From Protoeuglena noctilucae (Eukaryota): a stretch of DNA of 64,000 nucleotides. The stretch covers positions 186,001-250,000 of the forward strand of contig OY253673.1 in NCBI GenBank assembly GCA_958009085.1, written 5' to 3'. The translations under genes were made by a program, and so were the position numbers. This document shows, piece by piece, positions 23,475 through 36,909 of the stretch (the stretch's first letter is position 1; every line of letters starts with the position of its first letter). Below the pieces are notes generated by a model. That model made no database searches and had not been told where the DNA came from. It was given only the letters and a program-made list of their open reading frames with translations.

Positions 23475-26400
23475 TCAGCCCATGTTGGCCGGGGCGGCCT
23501 CAAGTGCCACGAGGCCCCACGGCCCCACCGGGACCGTCCCCGGCCCAGCCACCACCCCGCCCGCGGCAGAGGTCGAAGCCACGAGTGCCCACGACGTCCC
23601 GGGGGGCGGCGAAGGCAGCGCCGCAGCCACCGGCTCCTCGTGCGGATTAATCCCGACGTACACGGCCTGGCTACCCCGGGCGCGCTTCATTCCCAAGTAG
23701 CCCTCGTTGCGCGCCCCCAGCGCCGGCTCCCAGCACGGCTCAGACATGGGCATGACCCCGTGCCACGTCAACTCCCCCTGGGGAGCAGCAAGGAGGCGGA
23801 GGACGTGAGTGATGCGGCAGGCACAGGCACCGGCACAGATATGCATGCCGTGACAGGCACTGCGTCGATTGAGCACTAATGTGTGCCAGGCTCTCGGTGT
23901 CCCTTTTTAGGTCACCAAGTAATGGCGTATCGCATAAAAAGGCAGCCGCCCTCTCAGGGGCCCTCACCATTTGGTTGTCGAAGGACTCGGGCTGGAGCAG
24001 GGAGATGTGCCTGGCTCGGAAGCTGGCTAAGACGCGGAGGAGCTTGGGGAGGTCGAGGAGGGAGTCCGGGAGATCGCCATCCAAGCCCAAGGGCACAAGG
24101 GGCACGCCCGGGGCCAGCATGATGAGGGAGATGAGGGTGCGGAGGCGCAGGGCCTCGCGAGGACCCTTCTCGCAGATCTCGCGGAGGCTCCCGACGCCGT
24201 GGGGGAGGCAGCGGACCCAGCTAAAGGACGGACGGCGGCCGGCGGCCAGGTTGCCCGGGAGGCCGGCGTCCCAGGAGGGGCCGAAGATGTCGTGTGACCC
24301 TGAGAGACAGCCGAGGGAAGCGAGATGAAGGCGAAAAGAGGGCGTGAAGCGAGCCAGGGTCGCCCCAGTGTGGGGGCACACGATTGAGGTGGGCGATGCA
24401 CCAAACACGCACTCCCAGGGACCCCACACCCTCCCGCGCGCCCCCTCACCCGTCAGCCTCGTCGCGACCTTGCCGAGGTGCTCCCTGGGCGTGGGTGCCG
24501 CCATCATGTACGTCCACAGGTCGTCTGTCACGTACCGGCACGCCTCGCTCCACCGGCCCCAGTGCGGGAAGCCCCGCGCGCCCTGCCGCGGGAGCAGGTT
24601 GGTGCTCTCCGGCGACGCCACGAGTCGGGACATCCGGCCTAGCCTGCTCATACGGGCGCAGGGAGGGGCACGGGTGAGGTTCACCGATGATGGAGCTGTT
24701 GCGGAGTGCACATGGAAGCAACCTACGACGTGGGCTAGTGGGACAGGGACGCAAACAGATGACACGATCAGCAACAATCAGCCTTTCCCTACTTGTGTCC
24801 CTCACCTGTAGTCGAAGGACAACTCCTCCACGAGCGGCGGCGCGTCCACCACCATGCCGTTGTAGTTGATGGCCAGCTGCTCCGCGTTGGCGACCACGAA
24901 GCCGTCGAGCTCGTACTCGTGGTACAGGTGCCGCATGGAGTCGAGGATGAGGTTCTGCGGCGAGTGCGAGGGCCGGCGGCGTGAGAGGTACCATCGCGCG
25001 TGCTGCCCACCCTACGCTGCCAGTGGGTCGGGGCAGCGGCCTGCCCATGTGCTGGCCGGGAGTCAGCCCCGTGCGCGGGACGCACCGCGACGACGGGGTG
25101 GTTGCAGTTAAGGATGGTGCCGTCCCGGAAGTAGAGGGCGTTGTCGCTGCCACGGAGGGACTGGGGCCCGACCTGGGAGAAGTCCCCTGACTCAGGTAAG
25201 AACCCGAAAGAGACGGTGGCGAGGACCTCGATGTCGACGGCGTGGCAGACGCGGACCAGGGCCCGGAGCTCCGAGGCGGCGGCGGCGGGGTGGCGGGCGT
25301 CGAGGCGACCGTCGGCCGGGTTGGCGCCGGAGGCCAGGGAAGGGTCCGGGCTGAGGAAGGAGACGGGCGCACGGCTGCGGGGACCAGAGCCGTCGCCTGC
25401 GCGGGCGTGGGGCGAAAGGCGCTCAGGCTAGGGCACGCGACGGCGCCGGCGGAGCGCATCGCCTCTGTTGCCAACAACGCACCCGAGAGCGTGGAGAGGT
25501 TGGCGAGGACGACGGCGTTAAATCCGGCCTTCTTGATCTCGACGACGCGCGCGGCGGCTGCCTCGAAGGACCCTCCCCAGTTTCTGACGTCGATCTCGCA
25601 GGCCATGACCTCCTCGAACGGCCGCCGCTCGCTTGGGCGGGCCGTGCCCTGCCAGTCGAAGGCCACCAGGGGCACCGCAGCCTTGGCGCCTAGAAGGTTG
25701 CCCAGGTACACGGTCGAGTCGTCCCTCTGCAGGCCGGGTTGGGTGGGGTGGGTGTGACGGCCTATGTATGCGTGGCGAGGCTGGGAGAGGCAGGAGGGCT
25801 CAGAAGAAGGCGGGCGGGGTCATTGCCGTCGACTAAGAGACCCGCCGCGCCCTCGCCTTGGTCCCTGCGTCCTCTGGCAGCGCAGAGTAGGGCAGTCCGC
25901 GGGCCAGCGTGGCGTACGGGTCGAGCATGATGCGCTGGGGGTCGAACCGGTGGGGTCCCTCCCACGTCACGTCGCCCAAGACTCGGAAGCCGTAGTACAG
26001 CGACTCGAAGTTCTGCAGGCCGTCCATGGACACGTGCCAGACGTCGCCAGTCTTGTTCACGACGGGGTCCAAAGCCAGCTCCACGAAGCCGGCCGCCTGC
26101 GGGGGTTCGGATTATCCGGGCATGCTTTGCGGAACGAAGCTGCGCGGCTGGGCTGCAGCAGCGGCCACGGACGCGGCGGTGTTGGCCAGCAGCGTTGCGC
26201 ACCCGGTCGCCACCCCGCGGGTCGTAGCGGACGAGGCAGAGGTTGACGCCGGTGGCGTGGCGGGAGACGAAGGCAAAGTTGACGCGCTGGCGAGCGCCCG
26301 GGCCGTCCGCGGCGCGCGGCCGCGGCGCCAGGCTGGCCCCGAGGGGCGAGGGTGTCCCCGCCGTGCACCCGATGGGAACCACGAAGTTGTCTCCGTTGTC

Positions 26401-27330
26401 GGGCCGGACTACGACAGCCTCGGAGTCGGGGCGGCCGCGGTAGACCTCTACGGGCAGGCAGCTGAGCATGATCGGCACCGCGTCGAGGGGCACGGTGGTC
26501 GAGAAGATGTACACGCCCGCGCCCTCCGGAGGCTTGCCCGCGCGCGTGGGCGATCGCATCATGCGCGTGGCCTCATGGTACTGGCTGCCTTCAGGGACCA
26601 TGCTCTGCGGCGTGGAAAGGCGCGGGGACCGTCGCGGAGGACCACAGGGCGCAAGCGGGTGCGTCCGGGGAGCAGGATGGCGCGCACACTGACTTGGGGA
26701 TGGTACATGCCGTCTGGGGACGACCGGTGCGCGCCCCAGTGCATGTAGACGTCCTTCTCTCTGGTCCCCGTCCGCGCCGCCTTGTACGCCACGCTGACTT
26801 GGTAGCCCCCCCCTGTCTGGGTGACGACCGCGGCCACGCTCGCGCCCGACCTGCGTTTTCAGGGTCGCAAGCGGCTGAGTATCACATAGAGATGCGGCGA
26901 TCGCAGCGACAGCCCCTGCGGGCCACGTGCGCGCGGCGGGGGATTGGATGCCTGGGGCGGGAGCGGACCGCTGGCCCGGCGCTCGAGCATGCCATGTTCG
27001 CGGATTCGGGAGTCACACCCACCTCGTCGTCCATCGGAAGCTCTCGGAGGCTGCTGAGGACGCGTCCCGGGAGAGCGCGTCGGCCACACGGCCCGCGAGC
27101 CCCGCCGCAGTCACCCTAGCCCGCCGGTCCGCCCGGGAGGAGGCCCCGCGCTCGTTGGAGCTTCGCTCGCTTTCCCCAAGTCCCCTTAACCTCTCCAGCG
27201 TGGAGAACCCGCCGATATACTCGCGGCCCCTCGGGTTGGCATTCCTGGACGGGTTACCCCCTCCCCGCGCTCCCCTCCGCGTCCCTGCCGCCCCGCATGG
27301 TGCTGGACGGCCCAATATTGCCGATCTCAT
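23475..27330 (-). CDS. ISA2: Isoamylase ISA2-type (GH13, non-catalytic subunit)
   Basis: CBM48 region (VNFAFVSRHATGV, NKTGDVWHV, MLDPYA), FDWQG, DGFVVANAEQL in place of DGFRFD, PPLVEELSFD, FPHWGRWSE. Confidence 0.88.
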
Positions 27331-27754
27331 CCACACACGAGCTCCCGACCAGCGCTCGGGCCAGCCCGGACCCAGCGGACTTCTCCCCGACGATGACAGG
27401 GACCCGCGCGTCTCTTCAACCGAAAACTCACATCGCAATGCAGCGACCGCGCAGGAGAGCTCTCGGGCGTCTGGCTGTGTCACCATCGTCTGGCAAGTCA
27501 ACCCCAGGTCCATCAGCGATTATGCCCACGCTGCCCCGCTCCCAACGAACCATTCGCGGCGGGGTCAGGCGCGCGGTGGAGCCCTTCGCCCGCATCCCAC
27601 CTTTCCCGCTTCTGCGACCCCGGGGAGCCCCGTCACCCGCCCCCCTTCCGCCCCTGCGTCGCATCGTTGACCCTCAGTGGTCCCGGGCGCTGGATCAGCG
27701 CACCGACTCGGCTGTCGCCGGTGTTCGGGCCCCGAGGGGCCGTAGGTGCCCGAG

Positions 27755-29045
27755 ATGGCCACGTCGGCCAAGTCCACCAAGATGATGCAGTACATCAACT
27801 ACCGGATGCGGGTCACCATCCAGGACGGGCGACAGTTCGTCGGCAGGTGCGTGGGCGGCTCCTCCCGCGCGATGCGCGTGGAACCGAGCGCGCTCGCCCC
27901 CCGCCTCCGGCATGCATGCTTGCTTATGCGCGATTTCCATCCGTTGCTGGGGCCCTCATGCCCCGGCTTGGCCTCGGCGCGGCGGGAACGGGGGTGGCAC
28001 CTTGGGTGCGCGCGACGGCCTTTCCTCGCGCCGCGGCGCCCCTGCCGCGACCCCTGCGTCGCTTCGGCTTCACTACTGGGATGGATCTTCTTCCCCGGCG
28101 GTGGCCTGCAGGTTCATGGCCTTCGACAAGCACATGAACCTCGTTCTGGGGGACTGTGAGGAGTTTCGCCGGATGCCGCCCAAGAAGGGAGGGGAGGAGC
28201 AGATGCAGAGGAGAGCGCTCGGGCTCGTGTTGCTGAGGTGCGAGAGGAGACCTTGAGAGGCTGACCGAAGTGCCCTGCCTGTCCCACGGGACGCCTTGAC
28301 GGGCACCGGGTTGCTTAGCGCGATCCTCTCCCTTTCCCCATACGCAGGGGCGAGGAGGTCATCACGCTGTCGGTGGAGGCCCCGCCGCCCAACGAGGGGG
28401 CGGTGCAGCGCGCACAGGTCGCGCCCAAGGGCCCGGGGGCAGGCATGCCGGCAGGCCGAGGCATGCCCATGGCGCCGGTCGGCCAGGTGAGAAGATTGAT
28501 TTGTGTTACTCTCGTGCTCGTCCGTGGTTGACCCGCGGTTTCCTTGCCTTACCTGCTGGAGCGGCGTGAGGGCGCGTCCACACGCTGCCTGTGCAGCCGT
28601 CTTTGTCAGCTCATCTGTTGCGCTGACGTGATCCGTCTCCCTTTCATCGCAGCCGGCGCCTGGACTGGCGGGGCCCGTGCGTGGGCTGGGTGGCCCGGCA
28701 CCAGCCATGATGCAGCCGCGACCTTCGCACCAGGCGAGTCCCGTCTTGTCCGCCGGTCCGATTCAAGTTTGGCGCTGTTTGGCTAGACCACGGCAGCTTG
28801 GCAGTCTCCCCTGCCCTCGCAACGGTGGGCCGTGCTCTCGGTGACCGCAGGCGCCGCCGCAGGCGTACGGGGCTCCGGGCATGCTGCCCCCCGGCATGCC
28901 GCCTCCGGGGGGCATGCCGCCGGGCATGCCGCCGCGTCCTGGCATGATGGGGCCTCCGCCGGGCATGATGCCGCCGGGCATGCCACCTCCGGGGATGGCG
29001 CCGCCCGGCATGGGGATGCCTCCGAGGGGGCCGCCGCCCGCATAG
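27755..29045 (+). CDS. SmB: Spliceosomal snRNP core protein SmB
   Basis: [42 protein letters not shown]...LGLVLLRGEEV and a PPGM-repeat tail. Confidence 0.97.
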
Positions 29046-29563
29046 CGCTCGTCCAGCGCGTTTTCTGTTCCGGCTGGGTTGCGGCTCGCTGGCTCTCCCC
29101 CTTGCGGGGACGCATTGTAATCGAGGCGCTTCCAAGCTCGGCTTGAATCCATGCCCCTTGCTGCGAAACAAAACGTGGCGACCTTTACTGCTGCGAAGAG
29201 AAGGCTGCCAGGAGGAAGTCATGAAGGCTGACGCGCGGCGGTTGGCGCAGACGGCGGACACCACCGCGAGAGCGTGAGGGGTTAATTACATATACACGTC
29301 TTTAAGCGTGACCTTTGCCCTCCTGCTTTATCTCCTTGCCATTGAGGATCCGAGGAGGCACAGACCTTTCTGCGATATCGCACGCGAGGCGCGGGTCACG
29401 CCAGTTTGCAGTCTGGCACACCCTGACCCGCGGTGCTGGCACCCGAACGCGCCTTAAACCCGGCCTCCGCGACTTGTGATCGAGGACTCTGTCCCCTGCC
29501 TGCGAGCGGGGGGGCCGTGTTGCCCGGATCGGCCGCAGATCCCCATTTTGACTTCTCCTTGCC

Positions 29564-31738
29564 ATGTCGGTGGCGCGGGCTCTCCGCGCGGCGGCGCTTT
29601 ACGCGGTTCTGGCGTTGGCAATATGCGGACACACATCGCCCGTCGTGGTCACGGCAAGGGCTGTGGATGGCTCCGCTCCGCGGATGGCACAGCGTCGCCT
29701 GCAACAGCTGCCCCCCGGCCCGGCGCCTCCGCCGGGCGGCGGTACCCCTCCTCCGGGTACTACCGGTCTCCCTCCTCTCAACGGTGGAACTCGTCCTCCG
29801 GGCACCCCGACAGGCACGGGACCGGGCGGCCTTCCGGGGGGCACGCCTGGGCCCTTGCCGGGCAGCTCGCCGTTGCCCCAGCCGGGCGGCTCGCCGGCTC
29901 CCAAGCCGGGCGGGACTCCTGTCCCGGGCGGCGGCCTGCCGGGCACCGGCACCCCGAGACCTGGCGGCACCGGAACCCCGAGGCCGGGTGGCGCAGGCAC
30001 TCCCGGACCGGCCGGGGGCCTCCCCGGCAGCACGCCGGCGCCTGTGGGCCCTAACAATCTCTGCTCGGCACAGGACACGGTCAACGGCGCGGCCAACTGC
30101 AGGCTCCGGCCCCCGACCCCAGCGCCCACGTTCCCCGCCAGTTTCCAGGCGGGTGTCGGCACGGGTGCCCTACCTCAGTACACATTCCCGGCCGGTGGGG
30201 GCTCCAACAGCTCGGGCGGCGGCTCCTTCTCCATCCCCATCCCCGGCTCGGGCAATGCGGGCTTTGGGGCTGCGGGTGGCACTGCGGGTGGCACCCCTGG
30301 ACCCAACGGCCCTGCGCCCGGCGGCCCACCGACTCCGCGGGTGACCCCCGCCCCGACGCCGGCGCCCCCGGGGCGCCTGCAATGCTGGAGCGCCGGTGAG
30401 TGCTTGCATGTGGCGAGCGGCAGGGAACGTCATGTGGTGGAACGCCCCGCGACCTCGCCCGTTCCCTTGCTTGCAGACGCGAGTTCTCTCGGCTATGCCG
30501 TCTACTTCTTCACCTCGGGGACCTTCAACCCCGCCAGCGAGTGCTTCGTCCAGTCTGAGGCGCCTAGCTACGACTGCATGCGGTACTACGGTCTGACCGG
30601 GGAGAGCACCAAGGTCTGCGAGCCAAACGAGGACCTGTGCGTGATTAACAAGGTCGAGCTGGTGAGCGAGCGCGACGCGACGGGCGAGGGCTCACGGGTA
30701 CCCGCTCGGTGCCTCTGCCTCTGGTTTCATGGCATGACCGTGCCTCACCTGCAGAGCGACATCTTCCTGGCCAGCACGCCCCAGCCGCCTCCCACGCCGA
30801 GCCCGACGCCCGTCCAGGGCCTCGGCCCCAAGAGCACCGTTGACAACACGCGGTCGTCGGCCCGCGCGGTCACCAACGGCCCCGTGTACTTTGCGGAGGG
30901 CTGCAGCACCAAGGGCAACTACACCAGCTTCTCTCCGGGCGGCAAGAGCCCCAACTTCGGGACTGCAAACGATAACGGGATTCTGAAGGCCACAGTCGGC
31001 ACATGCACGGACCAGCTCTGCAACAGCGCGAGCGCCGCGGCGGGAGGTGCGCAGGGAGGCGCGGCTGAGACCGTGCGCTTCATGGCGCGCCGGGCCTGAT
31101 CTGCGCTTCCCCCCTGCCGCTCCCCGCAGTGTCGAGGCTGCAGTGCCTCGTGAGCGACCTGTCCCAGATCGACCCGGCGTCGGACAGCTCGGGCGCCTGC
31201 ATCCCGCTCATGACCTCCGGCGTGATGACGTGGGAGTGCGCCCAGCTCATCGCCTCGGCGCCCCTGGTCAGCGTCACGTGCGGGGAGACAGCTGAAGTCT
31301 GCACCAGCGTGAAGTTCAGCCAGGTCAGTGCATCGCGATGCTTACAACCACAGCGTTGTCCTGGGCTCGCCGGCAACGACGGACGCCTCGCGGACTTGCC
31401 CTGCGCAGGAACTGCTGAGCGTGGAGGTCAACTCGGTGGTCCTGCACACGGGATGCGCCCTGGACGACATGTGTCCCGACAGCCCGGGGACGACGACCCC
31501 CCGGTGGCACAACTACTACGACACGGCCACCGTGTTTGGCCCGGGCGGGCCGCTCAACATCCAGCTCAACGTCACGTCGCTGCCGACGCCGACCCCGACG
31601 TCCACGCCGAGCCCCGGCACCACCGTCTACACGTTCCAGACCTACACGGGCTGCTGCGTCGACAGCTACTGCTCCTCTGCCGCCACCGCCGCCCTCTCAG
31701 CCCTGCTCGCGCTCGCGGTCGTGTTTCTGACCTTCTGA
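29564..31738 (+). CDS. Secreted Pro/Gly/Thr-rich, Cys-rich, probably GPI-anchored surface protein
   Basis: Signal peptide, long PGGTP-type low-complexity region, two Cys-rich domains starting RLQC, hydrophobic terminus SSAATAALSALLALAVVFLTF*. Introns 30396-30476, 30662-30754, 31047-31129, 31324-31408. Confidence 0.8.
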
Positions 31739-31860
31739 GCCGTCCTCCAGATTCAGTTTGCTCTCAGCTGTCATGCACGTTATCCGCGACCCCCCTTTCG
31801 TCAGCCCTTGTATGCCGCAGCTTGCTGGGTTATCATTCAGTGTCGCCGCCTTGGCTAGTG

Positions 31861-32683
31861 ATGCGTGGCTGCCCCCCCTCCTCCTCCTCACCGCGCTTGA
31901 TACAGCGGCCGCGCCTTCTTTTGGAAGCTTCGAAGCTCAAACGCACATCGGCACCGGCACGCGACCTCGGCGCCTTTGTGGGCGCGTTCGCAGGGCTCTG
32001 CGTTCTCCTCTCGGCAGGTTCCGCCCACGCGGGGCTCTTCGGCGGCAATGACCCCATCGACCCTTTTACTGTGATGGGGAGAAACGTGAAAAAGTGCGCT
32101 TTGGGACGGGATTGCCTTGGATGGGGAAGATTTTCATCTGGCCCATGCACCCGTTCAGATAATCAACGACAGGCCAATTCTGCCCGCCTTTTCAGGTATC
32201 TCATTGAGCAGCTGGAGGGGGAGAAGATTGTGCGGCGAGAACGGGGCTTCACAGTGCAGACGTGCACGAGCACCGTGCGGCAATCCGACGAGGTGAGGCG
32301 CAGTGACATCCATTCCGCTTTTGCGGCCGAGCTTTTGTAATCCAAATCTTTCCCTCCGGATCCCGACAGGCGCAACGTTGCAAAGACTTGCTGCCTCTCC
32401 CCTGCAGGGGCTGTCCGGCGGTTTCGGGGTGGATGAGCGCAACCAGACCTGCGCCCAGAGCGTGGGCACCGAGCTGCAGCCCGCGTGCCAGTCCTCATGC
32501 CTAGGCGCATGCACCGAGACCCTGCGGGCCTACAACGAGGAGAGCGTGCGGCTGACGGGCTTCGGCCTCGACGACGCCGCGCTGGGGAGGGTGCTGCGGG
32601 CTTGCGAGCGGACGTGCCAGTACGAGTGTAGCAAGCCGGGCAAGGCGCACGAGTTCAGCGTGACGTCCAAGAGTCTATTTTAA
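31861..32683 (+). CDS. Probable thylakoid-lumen protein of unknown function, Cys-rich C-terminus
   Basis: Bipartite-looking presequence with hydrophobic core ending SAHA|GLFGG; mature part has CQSSCLGAC and CERTCQYEC. Start codon inferred. Confidence 0.65.
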
Positions 32684-32804
32684 CACTAAGAAGAGCTGAT
32701 GCACCCGGTGCATCTCGGCGCGTGCGTGGGGAGGGGTGGCTCGAAAGAGAAAGGGTCACATGCGACTCCAGCCACCCTCAGCCAGCCCCGGTGGCGGACC
32801 TCCG

Positions 32805-33960
32805 TCAGTGGTGGTCGTCGTGGAAGTCGTCCGGGAGCTGGTCTGTCTTCTGGAGCACGAACCACTTGGAGTTCTCAATGATCTGCGGCGGCGAAGAAAG
32901 GCGAGGGCTCGCCTGGCGGGCTCTGCGGCCACGGGCCACGGGCCTCTGCGGGCGCGCCCATGCAAGGACCGTCTGCGCACCTGGACAGGCCCGTCCCCCA
33001 CGCGAAGCTCCCTCCACCAGATGGTCGCGTCGTCGTCGGGGTCCACGATCCCGATGATCCGCGAGTCGGTGGCGCACGGGACGACGATCGGGTTCTGCTC
33101 CGAGTCCCCGTCCTGGGGCCAGGAATCGCACGGGCACACTTCCCAACCCCGCCCCTCGTCTCGACCCGCAACGCCAGCCCGTCCGCGCGAGTGTGACACC
33201 TCACCTTGTCGTTATAGCGCCACTCCTCGTCGAAGGGGTCGAACCCGCGCTTCAGCAGCTCCATCTCGTACCGCTCAATGCCCGTGGCGTGCTCGAAATC
33301 CTGGTCGAATGCGCCCGCGTCTGCCTTCTGCGGGAGACGAGAGGGACACGTTCGAAACGCAGGGCGGGCGGGGAGGCGGCCCGAGCGCGGCGCCGGCGCG
33401 GGGAGCCACCTGCAGCTCCGACTCGTTCCCCGACGGCTTGACGGCCTTGTCGGCGAAGGAGCGCCCCCACAACTGCTGCGGTGGCAGGAGAGACAGAAAG
33501 CGCGTCGGCAATCGCCCAGCATCGCCTCCGCGCGGCGCGGGGGGTTCCACAGGCCAAACACGCAGGCGTGCAGGGCCCACCCATCGCCGACGCGCGGTGA
33601 GCCCCCGGACACGGGGCAGCGCCCAGCGATGCCAGGAGCGCAACGAGTAGCGCGCATCGGCACGCCGGGAGGCCCGCCCCTCGCGGGGCCGGGGAGCATC
33701 AGCGTGGGCCATGCAGCCCGCTTCACGCCGCGGCGTCATGATGCACGGTTCGGCTGCTTTGCGTGCATATTTCTCCCGGGGGTGAGCGGGCAGGCCGGAT
33801 CGCTCACCTGCGACGCCGGGACCGACCCGGCCCAGCCCCTTGCCCCCCAGGTCGTTGATGCCGCCGCTCCCCCGGGGCACCTCAGCGCCGTTGTCATGCG
33901 GCTGGCCTCGGGGGCCTGCAGCAGCGCGCGGGCGAGCGCGGCGACCCCGCGGAATCGCAT
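32805..33960 (-). CDS. COX5B: Cytochrome c oxidase subunit 5b
   Basis: EHATGIERYEME...GFDPFD and NPIVVPCATDSRIIG...IWW, with an N-terminal mitochondrial presequence. Confidence 0.85.
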
Positions 33961-34587
33961 CGTCGTCCAAACAAAACCACCTCGCGCTCACAACGCCGGC
34001 GAGGAGGCTGCGCGACCGCGGTGACCCAGAGGCGCGCGGACCGCGAGCTGGGCGGGACGGCTCGACGCGAACGCGGTCCTGGCGTGCAGCTGCCCGATCG
34101 ACGAACCCACCGCGGCAGTGTGCGGAGCGTGCAAATGCAGGCGCCGTGCCGGCTGTCCCCCTGCGTCTCGACGGGGGACACAAATTTCGGTTTTCTGACG
34201 CGGTTTCCGACAGCGCGCGGAGGGGGACGCCCGCTGCCCTCCCCGCCCCCTACGCGTCGCCAGTGACACGCAGGACGCGCGGTGTTGCCTCGGCTTGCAG
34301 CTCGGTGCGCTGTTGCGTCACAGGACCGGCGCGAGGACATAGCGCAGGGGCCCGCGGCTCGGCGCGCGACGTAACAGGCCGGGCAGGCACGCAGCCCGGT
34401 ATCGCGTGTCGTTGGTGTAGCGCGTGCCAGGCACCGCGCGCGGGGAGCCATTGGCGGTGGCCTGGGCGGGAAAAACTAGGGTCCGCGTCGGGCTCTTCGG
34501 GGGCTCTGGGGGCCCCTGCCCTGTTGCGGGCCCGGGGTCGAGTGGGGCGTCGCGCCGTCGGCGTTCCGGGGAAGGCGCGGGGAGGCG

Positions 34588-36909
34588 ATGGCGGGGGGTA
34601 ACGTCTTCCTCATCGTGGTGGCGGTGGTGGTGTTCGTCCTCCTGCTGGTGGTGAGCGCGCGGGGCGCTCGCGGCCCCTCGCTGCGGCTCGCAACCGTCAG
34701 CAGCCCGTCGACGTTACGTCGCTGCCGCGGCATGCCACGGCGCCCGCCCCCGCGGCCGCAGGGCAACGTCTACGTGCTGGTGCACTACCAGCACCCCGAC
34801 GACCGCAACGATGCATGGATATCGAAAGGCTTGGTCATTATATCGCTGACGATCGCTGAGGTCTCGGTGCTCATGTTCCCCATGGACATATCTAACCGCA
34901 AGAGCTGCAGCCACCTCATCGACCTGAGCGAGGTGAGGCGCTGCGCCTGGCCCGCCCTTGCCGCCGCTTGCCGCCGCAGGGGAGCCCGCGCCCGCGCCCG
35001 CGCCATGCCCGCGTCGACGTCGAGTGCCCGCAGTGCAACCTGACGATGCCCATGCGCAAGCTGTGGTACGCCGTGTGGCTGTCGATGGGCATCCTTGCCT
35101 TCATCATCCTGCCCTTCGCGCTGTTCTTCTACGAGGGCGACTCGGAGTGGAGCGCGGGGAAGAAGTTTGGGAGCGCTCTCATGTGGACCCTGGCCACGAG
35201 TGAGCAGCGGTGCTGATGCATGACGCCGCTGCGACCGTCGGGCGCCGTGGACGTCCAGCTCACGCTGCTTTCACCCCGCGCAGGCGTTGTGGTCCTCCTC
35301 ATCATCATCATCCCCTACACGACCGTCGCCTACGCCCAGTACCCCTTCCAGGCCCTGGCGAGCGGCACGGCCAACATCGGCGTGTTCAACTTAGGCGCCA
35401 GCGTCAGCGACGGATGCGTGCCGCCCTACTGGTTCGGCGCCTACGACCTCGGCGGCGGCACGGACTGCAACCCCAACCTCCTCGGCCTCCCCGAGGGTAC
35501 GTGGACGCAGCGCGTGCAGTTCCCCGTGTACCTGGTCGCCATCATGTCCATTCTGGGCTGGTGCCTCATGTCCGTCTTCGCGGCCGTGGGGTCGCTCGCG
35601 CTGCCCATCGACTGGCTCCTCGACTTCGCCGACCGGCCCAAGAAGGTCATCACCAAGTCCGAGTACATCAACAAGGCCCGGCAGATCGCTAGGTGTGCCC
35701 CAGCGCTGTGCGTGTGCCGTGGCCACCCCTGCGGCCCCGCGGGACCACGCCCGGCCGCAAGGCCCGTGCGACACCGGCTGCGTTCCATGTCCGCAGGCGC
35801 GCGAAGAAGCTGCGGGACATCGCCACGTCGCTGAAGCGCGAGGAGATGGCGACCGGCAAGACGCGCAAGTGGCGCCGGCAGGCGGGGGAGCTCAACAAGC
35901 AGGTCAACCTCATCGTGAAGGACGAGGAGACGCTGTCCAAGTCCTTCCCCCAGGGAGAGCAGCGGGAGGCCCTGTGGATCCTCATCACGCTCGGCTACTA
36001 CGTCAAGCTCCTGGGGGGCCTCGTCGGCGGCGCCATCTCCATCATCTGGCTCATCCACATGATCGTCTACCTCTTCATCAAGCCCCCGGCCTCCCCTTTC
36101 CTCAACCAGTTCTTCATCGCATTCCAGGCAAGCCCCGCCGCGTTGCCCCATCCCGCCATGGGCAGCTGCGTTGCCTCGCCCCCTCTTGCCACTGGCAGCC
36201 GCAGCCCCGCGCCCTCCGCCCCATTTGGAACGAACGTGGTTTTGCGTGTCCGCAGAACGCATGGGGCCTGCTGGGCGTGCTGGTCTTCGGGGCCTTCTGC
36301 CTGTACCTGGTGGCCATGACGGTGCACGGCCTCTTCCGCCTGGGCTTCTTCGTCGGCGTCATGGCCATCCACCCGATGAAGGTCGGCAAGACCTTCATGT
36401 CCACCTTCCTCTTCAACTGCATCCTCGTCATGATCATTTCACCCGCCGTCGTCCAGTTCTGCGCCTGGGCCTTCGCCATGTACGCCGAGGGCACCACCGT
36501 CCAGGACATCTTCCTCGGGGAGGTGAGAAAGCGCCCGAGCGTAGCACACGACGACCCAAGGGGGGGTGTTGGTGGGTGTGCACCCGGCCAGGGTGTCAAA
36601 GGGGCATGACGTTGGTATGGCAGCGGCTGGGCGCACAAGGGCTTCCCGGTCAATGGCGGCTGTGGTTCGGATGTCGGCTCTGCTCTGCGAGCCCGACGGC
36701 CCTGGCGGCGCTTCCCGGGGGCCATCGAGAGTCGTGTCACCACTGTTGCGCCCCCGCCCCTCCCCCAGGTGCAAAACCTCCGAGGCTTCCGGCCCCTGTA
36801 CTCCAAGAGCATCTTCCAGTACATTTACGTGGCATCGCTGCTCCTGGGCGCCCTCTGGCTGGGGTTGACGATGGGCGGCAAGAGCAAGGCCAAGGGCGAA
36901 ATCCAGTGA
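34588..36909 (+). CDS. LMBR1/LIMR family membrane protein
   Basis: NVYVLVHYQHPDDRNDAW, LMFPMDISNR, PFALFFYEGD, IHPMKVGKTFMSTFLFN; multiple TM segments. Confidence 0.93.

Noticed and set aside
24860..24920. Isoamylase lacking its catalytic Asp as a pseudogene or novelty
   Set aside because: This is the known normal state of ISA2.
30396..30754. Stop-free 3n introns (81 and 93 nt) as regulated retained introns
   Set aside because: Short GC-rich introns often lack stops by chance, and there is no further evidence.
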